Source of the DNA: Dipteris shenzhenensis
Taxonomy: Eukaryota
NCBI GenBank assembly: GCA_047967505.1
Contig: CM106538.1
Reading direction: 5' to 3' (one strand)
Length of the DNA: 64,000 bases
Shown here: positions 1-11,035 of the stretch, in pieces
Position numbering within the stretch: the first letter of the stretch is position 1
How the letters are laid out: every line of letters begins with the position of its first letter
Translations under genes and position numbers: made by a program
Notes under the pieces: generated by a model
Database searches by the model: none
What the model saw: the letters and a program-made list of their open reading frames with translations, nothing else
Told to the model about the DNA's origin: nothing

Positions 1-939
1 GATGACGGCTCCCATACTAGTGAGAAGGGTATGTCCAACTCCTCAATTGGCTTTGGAGACTGGGGCAGCGTCATTTCTCTTTCTTGTAGTTCTTTTTTGA
101 TGATTATAGCCAATAAGTGTGGAATTTTACATTTCTGACCTGAAGAACCATTGAGTTTTTTGGTAAAGAAAATGACGAAGTGTTGGACCCAGTCCTGTTT
201 GAGTTCCTACTCAGCAAAACAAATGTGCGGGGTGGAAGGGAGCGTTCCTTGTCGTTCTTTATTCCCAGGATTGTGGTGCTGCTTCCTTGAGTCGAGGGTC
301 AAGGATTGTGCGAAGCAATATGCCATCTCTATGGATCAGGGTACCCTTGGTGAGGAGAGGCTGTACTTCGATAAACTTTGCATCAGCAGACCGTTTAGGG
401 TATTGTCCACCTTGTTCTGGTAGTGAGAAAGCCCTTTGAATGACCGTACTATTGAGGATAATGTTCAGTGGGCTCTGATGTACAGTGATTGTACCATACT
501 TGCCATCCGTTGCATTGCTGGAGTAGTAAGAGTGGAGAAAGTCCTTGATGTAGGTGGTCATGATAGGACTGTCCTCCAAGGATTTGAGGCTCTCATGCAA
601 ATTGCCTAGACGCCGTTGCTCTAAGTAAGATGTTGCTTCCTGGGAAAGAGCATAAGTCGATGTGGGTGGCCAGACAAGTTCTAATGATTGGGCCTTGTTA
701 ACGGTTGTGTAGGCCGACTGTGACTGGGGTGGCATTTGTTCTGCTTGGACATGCACTGAATCTTCTTCGGAGCTATCGCTTTGGACCACGAACGCCTGTG
801 GTCTCCGTGGTTGAGAGGATGTAGATGGCTGCGAACTCTGGAGGGGGTCCTGTGGTTGAGGCGGTGGGCTCTTTCTGCGCATCCTCTTTAGTGGCAGCAT
901 CTTTTCTGAACCTGCATCCATGTACATGTAGTGTACCAT
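1..939 (-). pseudogene. Extra ORF 3' of pol (env-like position) of the Athila-like element
   Basis: ORF 939-259 (226 aa) has a Ser/Pro/Gln-rich N-terminus. After a frameshift near 270 a frame continues (..TILGIKERQ..*ELKQDWVQHF..CKIPHLLAIIIKKELQE..) to the window edge. It starts ~350 bp after the pol stop once the 961-3530 insertion is removed. Confidence 0.6.
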
Positions 940-960
940 TGATCATTAAATTGATTGGCA

Positions 961-1285
961 TGTTGAGAGTTGTGGTGCCATGAGCACATGTAGAGCAAAG
1001 GTATGAGTAAAGGGAAAGCTGCCACATGGCATGGAGGAGATATCCCACATGTGAGCAAGCAAATGGATGTAAGTACCCTCACCTATAAAAGGGAGGTTCA
1101 TTTGAAGTAATATAAATCAAGCACTTAGCACTATCTCAAGATTCTCTTTATGAGTCCAAGCTAATCTATCTTGGAACCTAATTGACTTGAGATACATGTC
1201 ATGAGCACTCTCTTCATTATGTTTCCACACAGGTTCCATCCACCTTAGAGTGCTCCATAGATCCTGAGGCACACATGTTTTGTCA
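961..1285 (+). repeat. 5' LTR of non-autonomous element
   Basis: TGTTG...TGTCA, TATA-like CCTATAAAAGG near 1082, directly followed by the PBS. Confidence 0.95.
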
Positions 1286-1773
1286 TGGTATCAGAGCATA
1301 GGTTTAGCTCTCCTAGTTTAGCTCATTAGTAGTTCACTAGGATTGCTCCCATTCCTAGATTAGTTGTAGGCATGCCTTAGGAACTCATGTTTTTATCCTA
1401 GGATATTTTCAGTTTTAGAGTGAGGTTCTTTGCGGGAGAAAGGATTGAAGAGTGAGATTTATGATCATTATGTTTGAGTGAGTTTTGAGTGGGAGAGACT
1501 CTCTCTGTGTGCAATTGAGAGAGAAAGAGAGACTCTTCTGTGGGCTTCCATGTGGAGCGTAGCTCCAACAAAGTTGCAAATGAAGCTTCTATCAATTCTG
1601 CTCGCGAGATGTGATCAAGCACTCCAAGCTCCAGAAACAACACTTTAGCGGCTGCTCGCACTGACCTTCTGCAATGCCATAGCGCCCAACGACTTCTTTT
1701 GCCAGCAGAACCTCACGACTCTCTGCCAGCGCAACCCCAACCCCGATCTGCAGCAGCTAGCAACTCTAGCATC

Positions 1774-1899
1774 ATTTGTGACACAAATAAAAGGTTCGGG
1801 CTTGTTCATCAAGGGAAGTTCAACAATGGAAAGCACGTTGCTGTCAACAGACTATCGCCAGCGTCTCGTCAAGGAGCAATTGAGTTCCTAAATGAGCTG
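1774..1899 (+). pseudogene. Captured receptor-like kinase fragment (subdomains I-III)
   Basis: TNKRFGLVHQGKFNNGKHVAVNRLSPASRQGAIEFLNEL matches the plant RLK pattern NKxGxGGFGxVYKGxLxxGxxVAVKxLSxxSxQGxxEFLNEV. Confidence 0.75.
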
Positions 1900-3205
1900 C
1901 TGTGGCTTCTTGTGCCATCCATAAGCTGAGGATAAGGCAAAAACGGCTCTATCTACGGGTGACCTCCAGCCAACTACTCTCGGCTCCAACTCCCTTCATC
2001 GTCCTGCACATGAGCAAACAGGGCTCCAATGCTCAACCAATAGCACCGCACGAGCCTCACAGTCCAAAGCTCCAAGCGTCGACTCCATAGCTTCTGCTCG
2101 GGACTCCTTCATTGGATAAATCGTCCTAGCAGCAGCGACACGGCCTACTTGTAGCTAGCCACCATCGATGACCAGCAAGCAGGTCCGCGAATCTCCAAGC
2201 CTCCAAGCCTCAAGCAGATAGCTGCCTCCTGCTCGCAACCCGCGACTCCAACAACGAGCACGTCTCTACGTCGCCACGCCCATGCCGCCATTGCCATCAC
2301 ATGCAGAGAAAGCTTCAAAGCTCTTCTCTCTTCTAAGAATGTAAACCTTAAGCCACATGGCAACCCTGTTGACAGCCACGTGGCAGATAAGGTAGGATTT
2401 GTGAGGGGTTAAATTGAACCTTGGTTAAGCTAATGGTTAGGTGCAGCTGGACCATGGTAAAATTTGTGTAACCATGGGTAAATCTATTTGGATTTAAAGG
2501 TTGCCACATGGCATAGTGCCCCCTAGGCACATAGGCCCCTGCTAAGCACAGTATGGAATTCAGCATGTGAATCCCTGTGCCACATCATCAAAGGCCCTCT
2601 TGTTCATAGAAACTTCAACAAGCCATAACTTGCAATCCAAGAAGAATTTGGCCACGCTCCAAAAAGGAAAAGTGATCGTCTTTTCAAGCTCTACGCGTGC
2701 TGGTCAGATCAGAATCATTGTATGCAATTAGACATATGCAATTAGACACTGCCAATATTGAAAGAAATCAATTGGTAAGACCTTTGCAACAAATGAAAAA
2801 GCAAAGCATGAATGCACACATCATTGTCACAAGCATGCCAAAAGCACAAGTGCATGAGATGACCATAGCACAAAACATGGCATCCACACATAAAGCATTA
2901 AGGTACATGGAAGAACAAAGCATCATGCATCAAGCGAAGAAGACAACAAGGTCATCATCAAGCCATGAGCAGAATGACAGTAACAAAATGTATTGAAGAA
3001 CAAAAACCTTGCCAACCTTGCCTATATTTTGTAAATCAAGCCTGACCACTTGAGAGTAGCTATGAAAGCACCCAGGGGAGGTATTGACATGTAAACCACA
3101 CTTGACCACCTTAAGTAGCAATGCATGCACTAAGGGGAGGTGATGGAATGTAACTCGCATCTGACCACCTTGCAGTAGCCAAAGGATCATGGCACCAAGG
3201 GGAGG

Positions 3206-3530
3206 TGTTGAGAGTTGTGGTGCCATGAGCACATGTAGAGCAAAGGTATGAGTAAAGGGAAAGCTGCCACATGGCATGGAGGAGATATCCCACATGTGAG
3301 CAAGCAAATGGATGTAAGTACCCTCACCTATAAAAGGGAGGTTCATTTGAAGTAATATAAATCAAGCACTTAGCACTATCTCAAGATTCTCTTTATGAGT
3401 CCAAGCTAATCTATCTTGGAACCTAATTGACTTGAGATACATGTCATGAGCACTCTCTTCATTATGTTTCCACACAAGTTCCATCCACCTTAGAGTGCTC
3501 CATAGATCCTGAGGCACACATGTTTTGTCA
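3206..3530 (+). repeat. 3' LTR of non-autonomous element
   Basis: Near-identical to 961-1285; preceded by the PPT and followed by the TSD. Confidence 0.95.
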
Positions 3531-3869
3531 TGGCATGCCTGTATGACCTTTCTCTGTGTGTGTGGGAGAGAGATCCCTTTTTTTTTTCTTTTTTTTTTTC
3601 TTTTTTTTTGGTTATACATCCTTTGAGAGTGTGGAATGAAAGTGTGGGGTACAATTATTCATGCAATCATCTATGTGTCTAAGCAAAAGCGTGTGAGTGC
3701 ACGTGTCCTAGTAGCTAAGTAGGGACTAACTATATGCTTTTTTTGCTGGGATTTTCATAGGGCAGCTAGAACTCATCATCACTTATGAGCTCTAGGTAAA
3801 ATCGATTGAGGCTACCTATATGTGCGAAGACGTACATATGCAAGTGAGTGCTCGTGATACAATCTAATC

Positions 3870-6122
3870 CTAACTAAGGAAGACTTGGTTTCCCAAATCT
3901 TCGTTGTTGTCGGGGATGGCTCGCGTGTTGATGTAGTAGCGCTTCAGTCGGCTCCCGTTTATTGTTGTGTTGAATTGGACTCCATCTAGTGTTTCAAGTA
4001 GCACAGCTCCGATGGGATTCATCTTTCGTACTCGGTAGGGTCCTTGACCTAGATACTTCACTTTTTCCTTGTGTACTTTGGCATTGTATAACAGGACTAA
4101 GTCACCTTCCTTGATGTCTTTAGCTTTCATATTCCTATCAAACCATGCCTTTCTTCGACGTTTTTCTGTTGTCATGGCATGATAAGCGACTAGTCTTGCC
4201 TCTGTATGCTTTTCCAATTGACAGAGTCTTTCTTTCAAGGACTCATGATCACCCATGCGTTCCTGTATTGCGATGCGTAGACTTGGTATTACAAATTCCA
4301 GTGGGACCACGGCTTCAAGGCCGTACACCAATTGAAAAGGTGTGTTCCCTGTACTGACCTTGAATGTGGTTCTGTATGCCCATAAGGCTGCATTCAGTTT
4401 CTCTGCCCAATCAGAACGCTGTGGTTCTACTACCTTGGTGAGGATATTGCATATGATTTTGTTTGTGGATTCAGCTAGTCCATTCCCTTGGGGGTAGTAG
4501 GGTGTGCTTTTTATATGAATGACCATGAAGCCAGACAAGAGTTCTTGGATTACCTCATTGACAAAATGTGTGCCTCTATCCGACACAATTTCAATGGGGC
4601 ATCCGAATCGGGTGATCACATGTTCGTACAAGAATCTTGCTGTGCTTTTGGCATCTACCTTTCTGACTACTTTAGCTTCAGCCCATTTTGTAAAGTAATC
4701 AGTGGCCACAATGATGTAGCGTGCCTATGTTCCTTTTGCTGCTGGATGTATGGGACCTACATAATCAATCCCCCATTTTTCAAATGGCTGTTGTGCAACA
4801 ACTATTGTTAGGGGATTTAAGTCTTTGTGTTGTGGTTTAATAGTTCGTTGGCAAATATCACAGCCTTTTACATATTCATAGGCATCTGCCCACAGTGTTG
4901 GCCACCAGTAGCCTGCGAGGAGAACTTTTCTTGCTGTGGCTTCCCCTTGGAAGTGTCCTCCTGCAATGCCTTCATGGACTCCACTCAGGATTGGTAGGAT
5001 CTCATGAGGCATTACACATCGTCTTAATATCTGGTCCTTGCCCATCTTGTATAGTTGTCCTGCAATGAGTTGATATGGTGCAGCCTTTAGAATCAATTTT
5101 CTGGCATCTACTGCTTTCATGTCAGGGGGTGGTCTTCCTGCCATCAAGTACCCAATGATATCTCCACACCATTCTGGAACAGCATCTATTTGAAATAGTG
5201 TGGCATCTGGTAAGTCATCTTCTACTCCAGTGGCTTCTTCTCCTGTCTTGACTCGAGACATGTGATCGGCAATGTAGTGTTGGGCACCTTTGCAGACCAC
5301 AATTTTGAAGTTGAATTCTTGCAGCAAGAGGAGCCATCTGGTTATTCTTCCTATGGTACACGGACGGTTCACAAGATAAAGCAATGCTTGATGGTCGGTG
5401 TAGAAGACAAAATCATTTGCGAGTAGATAGTGCCGATATTTCTTTACACTATACACCATTGCTAGGGCTTCTCTTTTTGTGGTTGTATAGTTGATCTCTG
5501 CATCATTGAGTTGTCGACTGGCGAAGTAGACGGGGTAGTCTTTCTTATGTTCACCAGGTTGACAAAGCACACTCCCAATTGCATACTTGGATCCATCAGT
5601 ATGAACATGAAAATCAATATCCCAATTGGTAGATATAAGGATGGGTGTTGTTATTAGGCGCCACTTTAAAAGCTCAAAGGCTTGGTCGCACTCTTCGGTC
5701 CAGAAGAACTCCACTAATAATTTGTAAAGTGGTCTAGCTATCATGGCATACCGCAATATAAATCTTCTATAATAGCCGGCATGTCCCATAAAGACCTGTA
5801 CACCTTTGTAATTTGTAGGAGGAGGCAATTCCATGATGATTTTGATTTTGTCCATGTCAGTTGCAATCCCATGTTGAGAGACGATGTGTCCCAAAACAAC
5901 TCCGTGGGTGACCATGAACTGGCATTTTGTCGGATTTAGGGAGATGCCATACTCCCTGCATTTGATTAGTACTTCTTCTAGACATTTGAAGTGGTCCTGC
6001 TTGGTTGAATGGATGCACAAATCATTCAAGAACACCTGTAAAAACTTATTCAAAAATGACTTGAAAGCTGTGAACATGACTCGCTGGAATGTGGCTGGGG
6101 CATTACAAAGGCCGAATGGCAT
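3870..6122 (-). pseudogene. pol: pol: RT C-terminal part, RNase H, integrase (in-frame TAG at 4725-4727)
   Basis: MPFGLCNAPATFQR; FLND at the YxDD position; TDGSKYAIG...TDHQAL (RH); H-H-C-C integrase zinc motif; WGIDYVGP, SDRGTHF, YYPQGNGLAESTN; GPY motif. Confidence 0.93.
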
Positions 6123-8652
6123 GACTCTATATGCAAAAATACCCCATTCTGTAGCAAATGCTTTTTTGATTGGTCTTGAGGAGCAATTTGCACTTGGTTA
6201 TAGCCACTGAAGCCATCCAAGAAGCTGTATATTTCGGATCCTGCCACCTTTTCCAACACTGTTTCTATTAAGGGTAGGGGGTAGTGATCCCTAATTGTGG
6301 CAGCATTCACATTTTTCAAATTTACGCATATTTTGAGCTTCTTTTTGCGTTTAAGCACAATGACAATGGGTGAAACCCAATCAATGTGCTCTATCTCGTA
6401 GATGAATCTGGCATCTAGGAGTTTTTCCAGCTCGTCATAAACCATGGTGCCATATTTAGGATTTGTGCGATAAGGTCCACATACCTTAGGGCGAGCACCT
6501 TCCCTTATAGGGATTGTGTGAACTGCCACTTCTGGTGAAATTCCTTTCATCTCTTTGTATGACCATGCTAGGCAGTCATGGTATTCCAGCAGGAGGTCTT
6601 TGAGTTTGATTTCATCTTCTTGACGGAGCTGTTTCCCAATGAAAACCAACTTTTCTTCCTCCCCTTCAAGGGCGAGGTTTATTGTGCGTGTTTTTGCCGG
6701 TCCCTCGTAGATTGGAGTTTCTCCAATGCTATCGGTTTCTTGAACTTCAGATTCTCTGATTGGTCTTGGCATTGCTATTGGTACGCTGCCACTTGTATAA
6801 TTCTTAAAGTATTCCGCCACTTCTCGAAGATCGACCTCTGATGGGGTTGAACTAGCCTGACATGTGTCATGTGTACTGGGTGGCATAGTTGCATTTAGTA
6901 ATTTGTTAGGCTCTTCTTTTCTTTCTTTTTCTGAAGTCTCTTGATCGAGCTTCATCGGCACATGTGGCTTATATTTCCGAAACTTCTTACGTTGGGAACT
7001 GTGGGGTAACTTTTCCACTGGTAAGGTGTTTCCAAGGAAGGGTTCATGTGCTGCACATACTCCTTCCAGTCCCTCAGGGGACCATTCAAGAGGTGGTGGT
7101 TTTGATTTTGAGGGGACTACCTTTGCAAGATACAATTCGACAATCCGTGTTTGGACTCGTTCGAATTCATTGAAGTGCTCGGCCTTGGCTTTTCTGCGAT
7201 TTCCTCCTACAGCTTTCTTGCGGGATCTTCTGCTGTTATGCAAATGTGGAGGTTCAACTTTTGGGAGCTCAACTGCCATTAGGGCATGCAGAATGGCTAG
7301 GTCATTACCAAAGATTTGATCTTCAATTTCAGCATTCGCAGCCTCTGTTTCAAGGTCCCAAGGAAAATCTGAGTCATCATTGGTATGGGTACCTTCTTCA
7401 GGTTCATTATCCCATTCGAGGTCAACCATAAAGAATGGCATCTCTAGATCGATTGGTTCTTCATGTGTCGGTGGAGGATCGACCTGTAGTGCATTAACAT
7501 CTATCTGTGAGAAGATGGGGTCTAATGAATGGTAGTTGTCGATGGTTGCCAATGTTTGTATCCAGTTATTGACATTGCTTTGTGAGTCACCTGCTATGGC
7601 ATGCTGTTGCAAGGGATCTGATTTGCTCGAGATTGTCGTGGAAGATGTGTCATCCAATGCTCTAGGAACAATTGGTTTAATAGCTCCTGTCCCCACATTC
7701 ACCCTGACTGCAGTGTCTCGATTCTGGATTGTCAATCTATCCGTTCCCCAGTCATGGAGGATTGATGCTTCCCGTAACCAAGGACGTCCCAGTAAGATTT
7801 GATAGGATTTTTTGGGGAGATCCAAGATTGTGAATTGAAGGGAAAAGCGGATTCCTGCGATCTTTGTGGACACGCCATTCACTATTCCCAAGGGTTTAGC
7901 CCGTGCATCATCGGCAAGGCGTATGTTGAAATTAGCCTTTTGCATTGGTGGGAGACCCCATTCTTTGTAAAGCTCCTTTGATAGGACATTGACACCTGCT
8001 CCACCATCCACTATGGCTTGGACTTCATTATATGCCTTGTGGATCAAAGGCACAGTGATGTTGCGTATGTCATCTTTCTCACCCATCCGCACAGGGATAT
8101 CTTCAATGTCATTCATAGGTGGAGGGGATTTGCGAGTTCAATCCATCCTTTGAAACTCTCCCAGAGATTGGGACAATTCCGTAAGAGGATTCCGATGGGA
8201 ATTGACACAGGGCAACTCAGGATGCTAGAGAGTGTAGCTCCTTCAAGTTGACGTGGCGGTACATTCTGTTGTGGAGTCTGTTGTTGGAACAAAGGCTCGA
8301 GTACAGTATCAATACTTTGTGGGGCCAAGTCATGGAGTGGGTCTTGGGCTTGTTTTTGAGCCTCAAATTGAGCTTGTTCATTTTGGACCCATTGCTGAAG
8401 TACCTGAAAACGAGCCTTCTCCACCTCTGCATTCGGGAATGGAGCTTCTTTTATTCGAGGCTCGGGAGTTGATGTGGATGAACTCGGCTGCTCATTGCTG
8501 GGCGGAGGTGGAGGCACTTGTGCTTTCTTTCTCAAAAGTCGCTTTGGTTGGATTGGAATGATAGGGTCCTTCGTGGCCTCTTTCTGTTGGCGTGTAATTA
8601 CATTGATAGGCTGTGACCTTAGACTTGCCAGACCCAGACTTTGATGGTCCAC
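6050..8652 (-). pseudogene. pol: Gag-pol junction, aspartic protease, long acidic spacer and RT N-terminus (frameshifts near 8125 and 6165)
   Basis: AIVDGGAGVNVL and ILLGRPWL (protease); WVSPIVIV, DHYPLP, FLDGFSGYNQV (RT). Confidence 0.9.
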
Positions 8653-8691
8653 CCCAATGATGCCAATGGGGATGTCAGGCTTAACCTCTGT

Positions 8692-10257
8692 TTATTCTGG
8701 GACCTTATTTTTCATGGGACAATCCATACAGGCATGTCCTATGCCACAATCTCTGCAGAGTGGTTGGAAAGTGGCTGGGCTACCACGATGAGGGCACTCT
8801 GCGATCCTATGATTTTCTCCACAACCGTAACACTTGATTGGTGCTCGAAATGTGTTGGGTCGCACTTGATTTGCATAGACTGGTATTAGACCCTCTGCAC
8901 CTTCTACATAGTACACTGGGTACTCTGCTTCATACTCAAATAGCGAGTCTACTTCCTCGGCTTGTAATTGATGTATGGGAACTGCCTGAGGAGCTGGATT
9001 TGGTGCTCTTGGATACGGTCGTGGATTCGGATTCATGAGTAGTTGTGGGACTTGTGTCCGAACGGGAACAGGATTTAGTCTCGGAACTGGGGGCGCTTGT
9101 GCAAGTGCCGGTTGCCTGTATACTAGCATGGGTGCCTCTTGGTATTGTGGTGGTCGAGGCGGATTGTTGCGCATGTTGAAGATGCAACTGTTCTCATCAT
9201 GGCCGCCGACGACGCAGATATGGCACCACAACCGTGGCGGTGGATTTGCTTGTGCAGTGATCCTTGCTCTTAGTACTGGGCATTCATTTGCTGTATGATT
9301 TGCCAAGCAGTGTGGGCACCAGACATTTTCTCGCCATGGATATGTTTGAGTTGGCGACTGAGACAAGTGGAGTTTTTGATCCATGGCCTGCATCATATCT
9401 TCTTTCAGCTTCAAGGTCATGGCCTCTAGGCGATCTTCATTGGATGTTTCGGCAGTGTCCTTTGATTTACCTTTTTTCGAGCGCTTATCTCGTGTATTTG
9501 ATCTGGCATCATCACTGCTAGTGTCTGAATCTGTCATGCCATCTTCGATGTCAATGGCTGCCGCATGAGCAGCACTGAATGTTTCATAGCTACTTATCTT
9601 TTTCATATCCTTGCGGATTTTCTTTCTTAGACTTGCTATGAACCATGCCGTGAGGTACTTTGCATCGGGACGTGGGTCACATTTGGCGATCAATCTCTTC
9701 ATCTTTCCCAGGTATGTGCGTACATCTTCCCTCCGGCCTTGTTCGATCTTGCTGAGTTGGAGAGCGGGATCATCTTGTAGCCTCTCTGTTTGAAAGCGAC
9801 GTTTGAATTCGGTTTGAAGTAGGTCCCATGTGGCACGTTCTTCCATGAGAAGGTCGAGGTACCATTCCGATGCCTCATCAGTTAAGGCCATTGGAAACCA
9901 AGCCACCTTGGTTTCATGGGATTGATCACCACATGCGGCATCGAAATACTGGAGGAAGCGAGCTGGGTCTTCCCTACCATTATATTTGGGAAGTTCCAGT
10001 TTTCCCAAGGGGCGTCGGCCTTGATTGTTGTGATTTCGTCGATTGAAGAAGTTGTCAGCCTCAGCATCGAGCTCGATATCCCCATCATGCTCATGACGGC
10101 GTCCAGCCATGTTGGGGCGTGGAGGAGTTAAAGGAAGTTGTTGAATCTCAGGGGGGGAGTCGGGGTAGAGGATTGGCGGGGGCGGTTGTTGCAGTGGAGT
10201 TAGTTGCAGATGGGGCGAGCGTTGGAGTCGAAGTCGTTGGCCGAAACGTAACTGCAT
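8692..10257 (-). CDS. gag: Gag (retrotransposon capsid domain plus four CCHC zinc knuckles); the stop is probably premature
   Basis: LPKYNGREDP..FL, ALTDEASEWY, QGRREDVRTY; knuckles CPHCLANHTANEC, CHICVVGGHDENSC, CYGCGENHRIAEC, CRDCGIGHACMDC. The sister copy has CAA where this copy has TAA. Confidence 0.88.
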   Translation of the reverse strand: MQLRFGQRLRLQRSPHLQLTPLQQPPPPILYPDSPPEIQQLPLTPPRPNMAGRRHEHDGDIELDAEADNFFNRRNHNNQGRRPLGKLELPKYNGREDPARFLQYFDAACGDQSHETKVAWFPMALTDEASEWYLDLLMEERATWDLLQTEFKRRFQTERLQDDPALQLSKIEQGRREDVRTYLGKMKRLIAKCDPRPDAKYLTAWFIASLRKKIRKDMKKISSYETFSAAHAAAIDIEDGMTDSDTSSDDARSNTRDKRSKKGKSKDTAETSNEDRLEAMTLKLKEDMMQAMDQKLHLSQSPTQTYPWRENVWCPHCLANHTANECPVLRARITAQANPPPRLWCHICVVGGHDENSCIFNMRNNPPRPPQYQEAPMLVYRQPALAQAPPVPRLNPVPVRTQVPQLLMNPNPRPYPRAPNPAPQAVPIHQLQAEEVDSLFEYEAEYPVYYVEGAEGLIPVYANQVRPNTFRAPIKCYGCGENHRIAECPHRGSPATFQPLCRDCGIGHACMDCPMKNKVPE

Positions 10258-10714
10258 GCAGATGGTGCGTGATTTGCCAAGGGTGTCGCTACCCCAAGGG
10301 CGTTTGTGGAGGTGGTGTTGTTAGGAGAGTTAGAGTGATGTTAGTTTGTGTAGGGACCGTCGTGTTAATAATGTGCCTAAGATTGTCCTACGTGTGTAGG
10401 GAAATGTGCCGGTGTAGACGGATTGTTAATCGGAGGTCACGGCGTGAAAATACAAGTGAATTTGTGCAAAATGAGGCCCACACGGGGGCGCGAATGACCG
10501 TGTGCTAGGGATGCTGAAAGGGTGTGCAAAGGGCTGGAAAAATACCCCATAACATGGTATTTCCGTGTGTGAAATTTGGGTTCAAACGGGGTTCAATTTG
10601 GGTCCCAAACGGATGAGTTTCGAGGGGTTAAAGGAGGGGTAAATTTGGCGGTTGGGGGGATCCTAATGGTGGTGTGAATGGACTTTAAGTCCAACCGAGG
10701 GGTTGAAACCAAGT

Positions 10715-11017
10715 TGATCTAGTTAGACTAACTAATCAGTTAGTCTAACCTAGCCTAGTGAGGGTTAGACTAACCATAGTCTAACTTAGTTAGTGTAACT
10801 AACTACAGTTAAGTTAACTGAGGATAGGTTAAACTAACCGAACCAAGGGCAAAACTAACCTAGTGTAGGTTTCTGCTAACTAACCTAGATTAACCTAATC
10901 TAACTGGGTTAGTCTAACAAGCCTAGGGTTAACCAACTAACCTAACCTAACCTAACCTAGGTTAACCAACTAACCTAACTGCAGTTAGCAACTAACTTGA
11001 GGTTAGTTTAGGTTAGG
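10715..11017. repeat. TTAG/CTAA/(TTAGG)n-rich degenerate repeat in the retroelement 5' leader
   Basis: Dense taacct/ggttag/ctag motifs; equivalent block at 38700-39060 in the sister copy. Confidence 0.8.
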
Positions 11018-11035
11018 GTTTTTTTTTTTTTTTTT

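Larger units (their letters stand above)
961..3530 (+). mobile_element. Young non-autonomous LTR element (TRIM/LARD-like, 2570 bp)
   Basis: 325-bp TG..CA LTRs at 961-1285 and 3206-3530 (one mismatch by eye). Met-tRNA PBS TGGTATCAGAGC at 1286-1297, PPT AAGGGGAGG before 3206, perfect 5-bp TSD TGGCA (956-960, 3531-3535). No gag/pol ORF. Confidence 0.95.

Noticed and set aside
6050-8692. Programmed frameshift or readthrough between gag, PR and RT
   Set aside because: The sister copy reads through two of these positions (CAA instead of TAA; an extra C in NPPPPM), so they are copy-specific mutations. The shift near 6165 falls inside conserved RT and is likely a mutation too.
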